Positions 1-9,915 of a stretch of 32,000 nucleotides of DNA are shown piece by piece. Position 1 is the stretch's first letter, and each line of letters opens with the position of its first letter. Below the pieces are notes generated by a model. That model saw nothing but the letters and a program-made list of their open reading frames with translations, made no database searches and was not told where the DNA came from. Position numbers and translations under genes: made by a program. The stretch is from sequence record CP049014.1. One strand, written 5' to 3'.

Positions 1-721
1 CATTATAAATGACGTACCAACACCATATGCATGTTATTTTCAGGATTCAGCAACACCAAATCAAGAAGGTATTTTAGAATTACATGATAATATTATGTTT
101 TATTTATTTGTTATTTTAGGTTTAGTATCTTGAATGTTATATACAATTGTTAGAACATATTCTAATAATCCTATTGCATATAAATATATTAAACATGGAC
201 AAACAATTGAAGTTATTTGAACTATTTTTCCAGCAGTAGTTTTATTAATTATTGCTTTTCCATCATTTATTTTATTATATTTATGTGATGAAGTTATTTC
301 ACCAGCTATAACTATTAAAGCTATTGGATATCAATGATATTGAAAATATGAATATTCTGATTTTATTAATGATAGTGGTGAAACAGTAGAATTTGAATCA
401 TATGTTATTCCTGATGATTTATTAGAAGAAGGACAATTAAGATTATTAGATACTGATACTTCTATCGTAGTACCTGTAGATACACATATTAGATTTGTAG
501 TAACAGCTGCAGATGTTATTCATGATTTTGCTATTCCTAGTTTAGGTATTAAAGTGGATGCTACTCCTGGAAGATTAAACCAAGTTTCCGCATTAATTCA
601 AAGAGAAGGTGTTTTCTATGGTAATTGCTCAGAATTATGTGGAACTGGCCATGCTAATATGCCGATTAAAATTGAGGCCGTATCATTACCCAAATTTTTA
701 GAGTGATTAAATGAACAATAA
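1..721 (+). CDS. COX2: Cytochrome c oxidase subunit 2, 3' portion (5' end upstream of window)
   Basis: Frame starting at nt 2 (code 3) reads [34 protein letters not shown] ... [33 protein letters not shown], which includes the CuA site. TAA at 719-721. In-frame TGA falls at Trp positions. Confidence 0.97.
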
Positions 722-2131
722 TTAATATTTATTTATTATTATTAATTATTAATAATAAAATAATTTTTAGAGAGATAGATAATTCTGATTATAATAATAT
801 TCTTACATTAAATAAGAATAATGTATTATCTTCTAATCCTTTCATTAAACTTAATTGAGTTAACTCTAATATTATTAAAAGAAGTTATCATAATAATACT
901 TCTTTAAATAATAAATTACTTATTGTTAAAAAAGATACAAATGATAGTGTAAATAAAATAAGTAATTTAGAGATAGATAATTTTTATAAATGATTAGTAG
1001 GTTTTACAAATGGAGATGGTTCTTTTTATATAAAAAAATCTAGAATATGGTTTTAAATTAATATATGGTTTCCATTTACATAAAGATGATTTACAATGTT
1101 TAGAAAATATTAAAAATAATTTAAACATACTTAATAATATTAGTATTAGAGAACTATCAGTTCAATTAACAGTATCTAATAAACAATGAATATATGATAA
1201 TTTATTACCAATTTTTGATAAATATCCTTGTATAACTATTAAATATTATAGTTATATAAAATGAAGAGAAGTATTAATCAAAAGTATAAATAATGTATCA
1301 AGTAAAGAATTAATTAAAAATAAACTATTAATTAATAATTATGAAATTATTGATAATATAGAAATTCCATATAATAATATAAATGATCATTGAATTTTAG
1401 GTTTTTTAGAAGCTAAGGGTTCATTTATGATTAATAATATAAGAAATTCTTGTAGATTATTTATTTCACAACATGAACAAAGTAATAAAACATTAGAAGT
1501 AATTAAAGATTATATTTTAACTAATTGAAAACCTATTGATAGTACACCTATATTTATTAAATAAGATTTATTAAATAATTGAGATAATATAATTCAGTTA
1601 TCTAAACTTAATAAATGTAATGTTATTAATTTAGCAATAAGTAATCTATATTTTTTATATTATGTTATTATTCCTAAATTTAATAATATAAATTGATATA
1701 CTATTAAATATAATAGTTTTATAAATTGACAGTCTATTATTAATATTTATATTAAAGGTTTACATAAAATTAATAATAATAATGTTATTCAAGAATATAT
1801 TGAACATCTTATAAATTTAAATAAAAAAGGTGCTAATAAAATTAATTATAATATTGAATTATATAATAAAATTATTAATAATAATAAACCATTATATAAT
1901 ATGAATTTATCATATAAACTTAATAGTTTAAATTATAAAACTAATAAGTTTATTGGTGTAGGAGTATATGTATATGATTTAAATAATCTATTTATTATAA
2001 GATTCTCTGGACTTATTAATGTCGGTTTACATTTTAATTGCTCAAAACACATGATTGCTAAATATGTTAAAAACGGTAATGTATTTATAAATAAATATAT
2101 TTTACTAAATATTTATAAAGATATCTTCTAA
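703..2131 (+). pseudogene. Free-standing double-motif LAGLIDADG ORF overlapping the COX2 3' end (S. cerevisiae ORF1/RF1/Q0255-like), disrupted
   Basis: Open from GTG703/ATA718 in frame 1 through motif 1, LVGFTNGDGSFYIKK (994-1038), then TAA at 1054. Homology continues in frame 2 (EYGFKLIYGFHLHKDDLQCLENIK...) after the A7 run at 1033-1039. Motif 2 is WILGFLEAKGSF (1391-1426). In-frame TAA at 1562-1564. The same frame continues to TAA 2129-2131; track ORF 1901..2131 is its tail. Confidence 0.75.
793..804 (+). promoter_or_regulatory. mRNA 3'-end processing dodecamer AATAATATTCTT (COX2 mRNA end)
   Basis: Exact 12/12 match, 72 nt after the COX2 stop and inside the downstream LAGLIDADG reading frame. 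Confidence 0.7.
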
Positions 2132-2195
2132 ATTAATTATTTTATTTACAGATTATAATAATATTATTATATTGACTATAATTATTATAATATAA

Positions 2196-2380
2196 TTTTT
2201 ATTCATTAGCCCCGGTCCACTAATACTAGTGGACCGGGACTCCGAAGGAGTAATATAATATTTCTTAAATAAATTATATATATTAATTAAATTAATTTTA
2301 TGAAAAATATATAACTAATATTATAATATTCTTTAATATATAAAGAATATTATAATGGTTAATTAATAGTAGTTAATTAA
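2196..2380. repeat. Direct repeat copy 1 (~185 bp; contains GC cluster 2208-2250 and AT hairpin 2321-2355)
   Basis: Aligns at a constant offset of 670 nt with 2866-3050 (roughly 90% identity by eye). The GC cluster is agccccggtccactaatactagtggaccgggactccgaaggag. The hairpin is ttataatattcttta-atata-taaagaatattataa. Confidence 0.85.
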
Positions 2381-2865
2381 ATAAATAAATAAATAAATAA
2401 TAAGTTTTATTACCTAATTAATAATAATTATATTACCTAATTAAATTAATAATAGTTTATATTATCTAATTATATTAATAATTGTTAATATTATATAATT
2501 AAATTAATAATTGTTTATATTATTTAATAAATAATAGTTAATAATATCTAATGATATTACAATATAATATATTATAATATAACATAATATTTTTATTAAT
2601 ATTTATTATAACATAATAATATATTCATTGTTTATTATAAATCAAATTATTAGGATTATACTATTATAAATATAAATTTGTATTATCTTATTTTTATATT
2701 AATTATTTAATAGTTATTATCTTAATTTATTTTTATATATTTTAATTTTATAAAATAATAATAAATTTAATTATTAAACTTAATCTTAAATAATATAATT
2801 TTATTTTATTGTTATTTATTATTTACAAATAATAATAATAATATTCATTAATTATAATGATATAC

Positions 2866-3050
2866 TTTTTATTCATTAGCCCCGGTCCACTAATACTAGT
2901 GGACCGGGACTCCGAAGGAGTAATATATATACTTCTTAATAAATTATATATATTAATTAATTTAATTAAATGAAAAAGATATAGATAGTATTATAATATT
3001 CTTTATATATTAAAGAATATTATAATGGTTAAATAAATAATAGTTAATTA
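2866..3050. repeat. Direct repeat copy 2 (contains GC cluster 2878-2920 and AT hairpin 2991-3025)
   Basis: Second copy of the 2196-2380 segment. The GC cluster is identical base for base. Confidence 0.85.
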
Positions 3051-3258
3051 TACCTTACTATATTTTAATATAATAAAAATAAATCTCCTATATTATATAA
3101 TTCTTTAATAGTTTATTACTTTAATATATTTATTAATAATTTTTTATAAACTTAAATATTTTTATTTTATATAATAAGAATATATAAATATATATACATA
3201 TAGAAATGAATATTTTAGATTTTATTAATATTATCTTAGTTATAATCATATATTTTTT

Positions 3259-3267
3259 ATATAAGTA
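3259..3267 (+). promoter_or_regulatory. Mitochondrial nonanucleotide promoter ATATAAGTA
   Basis: Exact consensus, 25 nt upstream of tRNA-Phe. Heads the tRNA-Phe / tRNA-Val / COX3 unit. Confidence 0.8.
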
Positions 3268-3291
3268 ATAATAAGTATAATATATATTATA

Positions 3292-3363
3292 GCTTTTATA
3301 GCTTAGTGGTAAAGCGATAAATTGAAGATTTATTTACATGTAGTTCGATTCTCATTAAAGGCA
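3292..3363 (+). tRNA. trnF: tRNA-Phe (anticodon GAA)
   Basis: gcttttatagcttagtggtaaagcgataaattgaagatttatttacatgtagttcgattctcattaaaggca. Cloverleaf folds with 7-bp acceptor GCTTTTA/TAAAGGC. Anticodon GAA at 3324-3326. Confidence 0.95.
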
Positions 3364-3503
3364 AATATTAATTAATTAATTAATTAATTAAATAAATAAA
3401 AACTTAATAATAATTATAGTTATGTATAATATTAATAATATTAATATATTGTATAATATTAAATATAACAATTATATAGATATTTTATATTTTTATAAAT
3501 ATA

Positions 3504-3575
3504 TGTAAATACTAAGATTTGAACTTAGATAATATGCACCTAAAAACATACATTTTACCATTAAATTATATTTAC
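3504..3575 (-). tRNA. trnT: tRNA-Thr1 (anticodon UAG, reads CUN) with 8-nt anticodon loop
   Basis: Reverse complement: gtaaatataatttaatggtaaaatgtatgtttttaggtgcatattatctaagttcaaatcttagtatttaca. Anticodon stem TATGT/GCATA encloses the 8-nt loop TTTTAGGT. Confidence 0.93.
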
Positions 3576-3613
3576 ATTAAATAATAATAATAATTATATA
3601 TAATAATATATAC

Positions 3614-3622
3614 TACTTATAA
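3614..3622 (-). promoter_or_regulatory. Nonanucleotide promoter TTATAAGTA on the minus strand
   Basis: Plus strand reads tacttataa. Lies 39 nt upstream of the 5' end of the minus-strand tRNA-Thr. Confidence 0.75.
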
Positions 3623-3894
3623 AATATTCTTAGTCCGAATAAGAAATATATAATATATAATAATAATCATATTATAATAAATAATAATAAAATAATCAGG
3701 AGTATTGGAATCTTAATAGACCCTATATATATATCCTATGAGTAGTAATAAATTAATTGAATGATAATATTTAATATATAATAATATAAATGTTAAATAA
3801 TATAATATTTCTATTTAGGCTACTATATAAATATTATAATAATATAAATGTATATAATATATTATAATAATTAAATAATTAATTTTATTAATTA

Positions 3895-3967
3895 AGGAGA
3901 TTAGCTTAATTGGTATAGCATTCGTTTTACACACGAAAGATTATAGGTTCGAACCCTATATTTCCTA
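3895..3967 (+). tRNA. trnV: tRNA-Val (anticodon UAC)
   Basis: aggagattagcttaattggtatagcattcgttttacacacgaaagattataggttcgaaccctatatttccta. Anticodon stem TTCGT/ACGAA, loop TTTACAC. Confidence 0.95.
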
Positions 3968-4170
3968 AACCTAGATATATATATATATATATAAAATAAA
4001 TATTATTAATAATATATCAGGTAATTATAAATGGTTTATATTAAATAATACTCTTATAAGGAAACTTAATATAAATAATAAATAATATATATAATATAAT
4101 AAATATCCTTTAAATATTTTTAATTACATAATTATAATAATATAATCTTAATATTATAAATTATTTATAA

Positions 4171-4220
4171 ACTCCTAGTGGGATCCCAATCGGGTCCGGG
4201 GGACCCAATTTAATTGGGGA
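4171..4220. repeat. Palindromic GC cluster
   Basis: actcctagtgggatcccaatcgggtccgggggacccaatttaattgggga. Confidence 0.8.
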
Positions 4221-4586
4221 TAAATTAAATAGTCTATAAATTAATAATAATATATTAATAACTTAAAAAAGTAATAGTCTATAAAATAATAATAATATAT
4301 TAATAATAAAAAAGTAATATATATATATAATATATAATAAAATAAATAAGATTGTTTTTTTTTTTATAGGGGGTTATAATATTTATGAATAATAATAATA
4401 TATATAATATTATGAATTATAATAGAATATAAATATATATTAAATGTAATTAAGTATATATTTTAATAATATAGTTTTGCCTACTTTATGGGTGGGACAT
4501 TGTAATATAAATATATTTAATATAAAAATAAGGTATATTATATTAATATATATAATATATATATAATAAATAAATAAATAAAAAAA

Positions 4587-5396
4587 ATGACACATTTAGA
4601 AAGAAGTAGACATCAACAACATCCATTTCATATGGTAATGCCATCACCATGACCTATTGTAGTATCATTTGCATTATTATCATTAGCATTATCACTAGCT
4701 TTAACAATGCATGGTTATATTGGTAATATAAATATGGTATATTTAGCATTATTTGTATTATTAACAAGTTCAATTTTATGATTTAGAGATATTGTATCAG
4801 AAGCAACATATTTAGGTGAACATACTATTGCAGTAAGAAAAGGTATTAATTTAGGTTTTTTAATGTTTGTATTATCTGAAGTATTAATCTTCGCTGGTTT
4901 ATTTTGAGCATATTTCCATTCAGCTATGAGTCCTGATGTTCTATTAGGTTCATGTTGACCACCTGTAGGTATTGAAGCTGTACAACCAACAGAATTACCT
5001 TTATTAAATACTATTATTTTATTATCATCTGGTGCTACTGTAACTTATAGTCATCATGCTTTAATTGCTGGTAATAGAAATAAAGCTTTATCAGGTTTAT
5101 TAATTACATTCTGATTAATTGTTATTTTTGTATCTTGTCAATATATCGAATATACTAATGCTGCATTTACTATCTCTGATGGTATCTATGGTTCAGTATT
5201 CTATGCCGGAACTGGTTTACATTTCTTACATATGGTTATGTTAGCTGCTATGTTAGGTGTTAACTATTGAAGATTAAGAAATTATCATTTAACTGCTGGA
5301 CATCACGTAGGATATGAAACTACTATTATTTATCTACATGTTTTAGACGTTATCTGATTATTCTTATACGTAGTATATTATTGATGAGGTGTTTAA
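4587..5396 (+). CDS. COX3: Cytochrome c oxidase subunit 3 (269 codons, intronless)
   Basis: ATG4587 begins [28 protein letters not shown] and the protein ends ...YWWGV, with TAA at 5394-5396. Length 810 nt. Multiple in-frame TGA = Trp. Confidence 0.97.
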
Positions 5397-5442
5397 TAAT
5401 AATATTAATATTATTATTAATAAAAGGTTTCAATTATATTAA

Positions 5443-5454
5443 AATAATATTCTT
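5443..5454 (+). promoter_or_regulatory. mRNA 3'-end processing dodecamer AATAATATTCTT (COX3)
   Basis: Exact match, 47 nt after the COX3 stop. Confidence 0.75.
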
Positions 5455-5596
5455 ATAATTTATATTATTAATTAATAATAAATTCTAAATTATCATTCAT
5501 AATTATTTATTATAGATAGGCTAGACTTATTATTATATAGCCCCAAAAATAATTATTAATATGTTTATATAATAATGTTCTTATTTTTTGTTATTT

Positions 5597-5634
5597 CTCT
5601 TACAATTGGCGTCCGCCCACCTGGGGGGCGGACT
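5597..5634 (+). repeat. GC cluster (ctc-tacaattggcgtccg...cggact type)
   Basis: ctcttacaattggcgtccgcccacctggggggcggact. A reverse-oriented relative lies at 9730-9770. Confidence 0.8.
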
Positions 5635-6196
5635 AATTTATTTTTTTATTAATATTATATATATTAGTTATAAAGAGTATAAATAATATATATTTATTTA
5701 TATATATATATATATTTAATATATTAAGTATATTTATTAACATTAGGAGAATATAATATTTTATTTAATTTTTAATAATATTAAATAAAAGGAATTAATA
5801 AAGAAGTAATTAATTTTTATTAAGATACTATACTTTAATAATATCTATTAATATATTCTTTCAATATATCAATATTATATTATATAATATTATTTTATAT
5901 AATTTATTTTAACCTTCTAATAAATGATTATTATTTATAATTTAATCAGACATAAGTATTATATCTAATTATTAATATATTATTCATTTTTATATATGTT
6001 TTATTATTAACCCCACAAGGATAATTCTTAATATTTAATTCCAGGTTAGGTATAAATAAAGAATATATATTTATATTTAAAGATTATTCATTTTTAGATA
6101 TGTTTTATATAATATATAATATTATTATATTATACAAATAGAATAATTTAATAACCAAGTTTAATAAAATATATTTATATGAGAATATAATTATTT

Positions 6197-6271
6197 AGTC
6201 CCGAAAGAAAGGAGCCCCAATTGGTACCCCCATTTAACGGGGGGCCAATTGAATTAGGACCCCGCAAGAAG
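6197..6271. repeat. GC cluster (long, ccaattgg-containing)
   Basis: agtcccgaaagaaaggagccccaattggtacccccatttaacggggggccaattgaattaggaccccgcaagaag. Confidence 0.8.
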
Positions 6272-6594
6272 TATTTATATTATTATTTATAAGTTTAATA
6301 CAATCCATATTAATTATATATCGAATGTTAGACTAATCTGATAGAAGTATTATTATTATATACTTTATATCTTTATAATTAAATCAGATTATTTTATATA
6401 ATATTATTAATTATTTAATCTGGAAAGAGTTAATATAATTATTTAATATTTAAGTCTTTATATTATATAGGAGTATTTTATATTTTAAATTATAATATCT
6501 CATTATTAATTCTTATTTTAATTTAATTATTAGCCTCAGTAGGAGTTATTAATTTCTTATTTATATTAATATTTATTTAGTTAAAAAAATGAGT

Positions 6595-6677
6595 TATATC
6601 ATATATTAAGTATTAATTATATTTATATCATATATTTAGTATTAATTATCTTTATATATTAAGTATACATTATATTT
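6595..6677. repeat. AT-rich tandem repeat, ~29-bp unit x ~3
   Basis: tatatcatatattaagtattaattatatt / tatatcatatatttagtattaattatctt / partial third unit. Confidence 0.7.
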
Positions 6678-6756
6678 ATATAAAATATATATTAATTATA
6701 TTTATTTTTATTATTTATAGATAGATATATATATTAACTCTTATTCTTATTATATA

Positions 6757-6810
6757 ACGAGGGGTTCGGTCCCGCCCTCCCATATCCATATGGAGGGCGG
6801 GTCCCTCACT
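6757..6810 (+). repeat. GC cluster, 'acgaggggttcgg...ccctcact' family, copy 1
   Basis: acgaggggttcggtcccgccctcccatatccatatggagggcgggtccctcact. Confidence 0.85.
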
Positions 6811-6821
6811 TTATAATATTT

Positions 6822-6855
6822 AGTCACGGGGCCCCGACCCGGGACCCCGAAGGAG
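6822..6855. repeat. GC cluster
   Basis: agtcacggggccccgacccgggaccccgaaggag. Confidence 0.8.
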
Positions 6856-6959
6856 TAATTATTTTATAAGATTATTATATAATTTAATTATATCATTCAT
6901 TATATATTATTAATATTATTATTTAATAATTATTATTAAATAGGTTTATATTAGTAATA

Positions 6960-6997
6960 ATCGTTTCGTACCGTCCAATTGGACGGTACGAAACGAT
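6960..6997. repeat. 38-nt perfect palindrome, copy 1
   Basis: atcgtttcgtaccgtccaattggacggtacgaaacgat. Identical to 9646-9683. Confidence 0.9.
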
Positions 6998-7044
6998 GTA
7001 GTCAATTATTATAATATATATTTATTATTTTTTATATTATATTT

Positions 7045-7106
7045 AGCCCCACTAGGAGCCCCAATTGGCTCCGGGTGGCCCAATTGAATTGGGACCCCAC
7101 TAGGAG
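7045..7106. repeat. GC cluster (agcccc...taggag type)
   Basis: agccccactaggagccccaattggctccgggtggcccaattgaattgggaccccactaggag. Confidence 0.8.
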
Positions 7107-7438
7107 TATAAGGATTATTTATAATATATATGAAATATATTAATAATATAATTATTCTATATAATATCATTTATTATATAAATAGATAATATAATTATTT
7201 AATATTTAAGTCTTTATATTATATCTTATTAATCTTTATGAAATATAATATTATTAAGAGTTCTTATCATTATTTATATTTAATATATATACATATTAAT
7301 AATAATATTTTTTATTAATATATTTATTAAAAATATTATTATGATTAAATTATATTCTTATTAAATTAATAATAATAATTAGTTTAGGAGTAATTATTAA
7401 CTTTATAACATTTATAAATAAATATTTATTTATTTAGG

Positions 7439-7493
7439 AGTGAGGGACCCGCCCTCCCATATCCATATGGAGGGCGGGACTGAACCCCTCGTT
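7439..7493 (-). repeat. GC cluster, same family as 6757, copy 2 (reverse)
   Basis: agtgagggacccgccctcccatatccatatggagggcgggactgaacccctcgtt. Confidence 0.85.
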
Positions 7494-7535
7494 ATTTATT
7501 AATAAAAGGTTATACTATCTTATTTATATAATCTT

Positions 7536-7630
7536 ATTATATCCTATATTACTTATGATTATTATATCATATATTACTCATGGTTATTATATCATATATT
7601 ACTTATGACTATTATATTATATCCTATATT
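7536..7630. repeat. AT-rich tandem repeat, 25-bp unit x ~3.5
   Basis: attatatcatatattactcatggtt / attatatcatatattacttatgact and flanking variants. Confidence 0.7.
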
Positions 7631-7771
7631 ATATTATATTATATAAATAATACTACTATTTAATAGCTTTATAAAATAAGTTTATATTAATAATATTATT
7701 TATTATTTTCTTATCCTTTATATTAATTAAATTATTATTATTATATATATTTTATATAATAATATCTATAA

Positions 7772-7825
7772 AGTGAGGGACCCGCCCTCTCATATTCATA
7801 TGGAGGGCGGGACCGAACCCCTCGT
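7772..7825 (-). repeat. GC cluster, same family, copy 3 (reverse)
   Basis: agtgagggacccgccctctcatattcatatggagggcgggaccgaacccctcgt. Confidence 0.85.
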
Positions 7826-7891
7826 ATTATATTTAAATATTAAAGTCTTATATTATTTTATTAAAAAAAAAAATATCTTCTTTATTTATTT

Positions 7892-7928
7892 AGCCCCAAT
7901 TCAAATTCAATTGGGACACCGATAGGAG
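7892..7928. repeat. GC cluster (agcccc...taggag type, degenerate)
   Basis: agccccaattcaaattcaattgggacaccgataggag. Confidence 0.7.
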
Positions 7929-8029
7929 TTAATTATTTATTATTATAATCTCTTTCCTATAATTATATATTATTATAATAATTACTTATCTATAATTATA
8001 TTTTATTTATTATACTTTTGATATATAAT

Positions 8030-8078
8030 CTCCTACAATTGGTGTCCGCCCGCTACGTTCCGCTCCGCGGGCGGGACT
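8030..8078 (+). repeat. GC cluster with GCTACG/CTCCG micro-repeat core
   Basis: ctcctacaattggtgtccgcccgctacgttccgctccgcgggcgggact. Confidence 0.8.
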
Positions 8079-8105
8079 TTATTTATTAATATTAAATTAT
8101 ACTTT

Positions 8106-8139
8106 CTCCTTCGGCGTCCGCCCGGGGGCGGGCCGGACT
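8106..8139 (+). repeat. GC cluster
   Basis: ctccttcggcgtccgcccgggggcgggccggact. Confidence 0.8.
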
Positions 8140-8503
8140 ATAATATTTATATTTTATATTTAATTGTTAATAATATATAATTCTTATTATTTAATTAATA
8201 ATTAAATTAAATTAAATTAAATTAAATTAGTGTTATTATATTATTTTTATATAATATTAACTTAACTCTTATTTAAACTTATATAGTATCAATATATATA
8301 TATCTTATTATAATCTTTAATAAATCATAATTCATTATTACTTTCCTATCTTTAATATATAATTATAAAAAAAAAATTTAATACTTAGACTAATATATAA
8401 TTATTAATAATCTGTAATTTATAATATTAATAGTTTTATAATAAATAAAATAAATCCATAATAAAATAAAACTTATAATTATTAAGACTTATTATAATAT
8501 AAT

Positions 8504-8549
8504 CTCTCCTCCAATAGGCGTCCGGCCACCCATAATGGGCGGCCAGACT
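8504..8549 (+). repeat. GC cluster
   Basis: ctctcctccaataggcgtccggccacccataatgggcggccagact. Confidence 0.8.
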
Positions 8550-8731
8550 ATCTAATCTTTAATATAAATTAATATATATATATAATTCTTATATCTTTAA
8601 CTTTATTAATAAAATAAAAATAAAATAAAATAAAAAATAAAATAAAATAAGAATATATAGAATATAACTTATAATTATTATAATTTTTATATATTATATC
8701 TTATAAATATTTATATTATAAATAATATTTA

Positions 8732-8770
8732 CTCCTTCGGGGTCCCGGTTCCCAATAGGGCCCCTGGGGC
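8732..8770. repeat. GC cluster
   Basis: ctccttcggggtcccggttcccaatagggcccctggggc. Confidence 0.75.
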
Positions 8771-8882
8771 TATAAAGTTAGTATAATATTATTTTGATTA
8801 TATTAATATTTAATGTTAATATTATATTTTAAATAACTATAAAAATAGTAATATATATTTTTAATTATTTTAGATTTTTTAT

Positions 8883-9166
8883 ATATAAGTAATAAATATT
8901 TATAGGGGGAGGGGGTGGGTGATTAGAAACCAAACTAAATAATATAATAAACAACGTACATAGAATAAATTTAATAATATAACTAATAAATACTATAAAT
9001 AAGAAAATAAAATTAATAATAAAATTAAAAGATAAACAATAAAATAAATTGAATAAGTATAAAGTTAAAAATAAAAACTAAATGTATAAAATAATAAATG
9101 AAAACAAAACAATATCCGGGTCCCTATTAAAATTATTATTGAAAATAATAATGGGGACCCCCCCCC
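8883..9166 (+). other. Complete ori/rep element: promoter, GC cluster C, ~190-nt AT stretch, cluster B, AT loop, cluster A
   Basis: ATATAAGTA at 8883-8891. Cluster C gggggagggggtgggtgat at 8905-8923. Cluster B tccgggtccc at 9115-9124. 28-nt AT loop. Cluster A ggggaccccccccc at 9153-9166. Matches the canonical S. cerevisiae ori architecture. Confidence 0.85.
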
Positions 9167-9208
9167 AAAAGAAGTAAAAATTGAAATAATATATAAATAA
9201 TTAAATAT

Positions 9209-9246
9209 TCTCCTTCGGCGTCCGGTCCGCGAGGGCGGACCAGACT
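9209..9246 (+). repeat. GC cluster
   Basis: tctccttcggcgtccggtccgcgagggcggaccagact. Confidence 0.8.
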
Positions 9247-9645
9247 AAATTATTAATATAAAAAAAAATAAAAATTAATAAATTATATTTTAATAAATAA
9301 AAAAAGAATAATAATATAAAAGTTTATAATAAAAATAATAATAATCTAATAAAAATATTAAGAAATGTTTTATATATGTATTCTTAAATATATATAAAAT
9401 ATATAAAATATTCTTAATAAATAAATCTAATAAAAAGTATATAGTAAAATAATGATTAAATAATTAATAATTTATATGAATTAATAATTAATATAATTAT
9501 ATCATTTTAATAATAAGTATTCTAAGAGTTTATAATAAATTATAATATTATTTAAAATAAATATAATATATAAATAGATAATATAGATATAATAAGTATA
9601 TATAGGTATATAATAGGTATATATAGATATATAATAATCTACTAC

Positions 9646-9683
9646 ATCGTTTCGTACCGTCCAATTGGACGGTACGAAACGAT
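9646..9683. repeat. 38-nt perfect palindrome, copy 2 (flanks inverted relative to copy 1)
   Basis: atcgtttcgtaccgtccaattggacggtacgaaacgat. The 5' flank actac is the reverse complement of the 3' flank gtagt of copy 1. Confidence 0.9.
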
Positions 9684-9729
9684 TATTAATAATATAAATA
9701 TAATTTGTAGTTATTTTTTAATATAAATT

Positions 9730-9770
9730 AGTCCGACCCCCCCCTGGGGGCGGACGCCAATTGTAGGAGA
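9730..9770 (-). repeat. GC cluster (reverse orientation of the 5597 type)
   Basis: agtccgacccccccctgggggcggacgccaattgtaggaga. Confidence 0.8.
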
Positions 9771-9836
9771 AATAATAATAATAAATATGTATTAAATATT
9801 ATAACCAGACTCCTAAATAATTAATAAATTAATTTT

Positions 9837-9880
9837 AACGAGGGGTTCGGTCCCGCCCTTGGGAGGGCGGGTCCCTCACT
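9837..9880 (+). repeat. GC cluster, 6757 family, copy 4 (short loop)
   Basis: aacgaggggttcggtcccgcccttgggagggcgggtccctcact. Confidence 0.85.
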
Positions 9881-9915
9881 AAATAAATAATATTATAAAT
9901 GAGAATAAGAAGATA

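Noticed and set aside
1901-2131. 76-aa ORF as an independent gene
   Set aside because: It is in the same frame as, and continuous with, the LAGLIDADG reading frame upstream (open from 1565). The ATG is simply the first Met after TGA codons that the track treated as stops.
2157-2168. aataatattatt as the 3'-processing dodecamer for the LAGLIDADG ORF
   Set aside because: The match is 11/12 and the mismatch removes the only C of the motif. In DNA this AT-rich, such near matches are expected by chance.
4479-4499. gcctactttatgggtgggacat about 90 nt upstream of the COX3 ATG as a regulatory element or GC cluster
   Set aside because: It is not palindromic, is not repeated in the window, and matches no motif I can name. 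It is noted only as a slightly GC-enriched patch in the COX3 leader.
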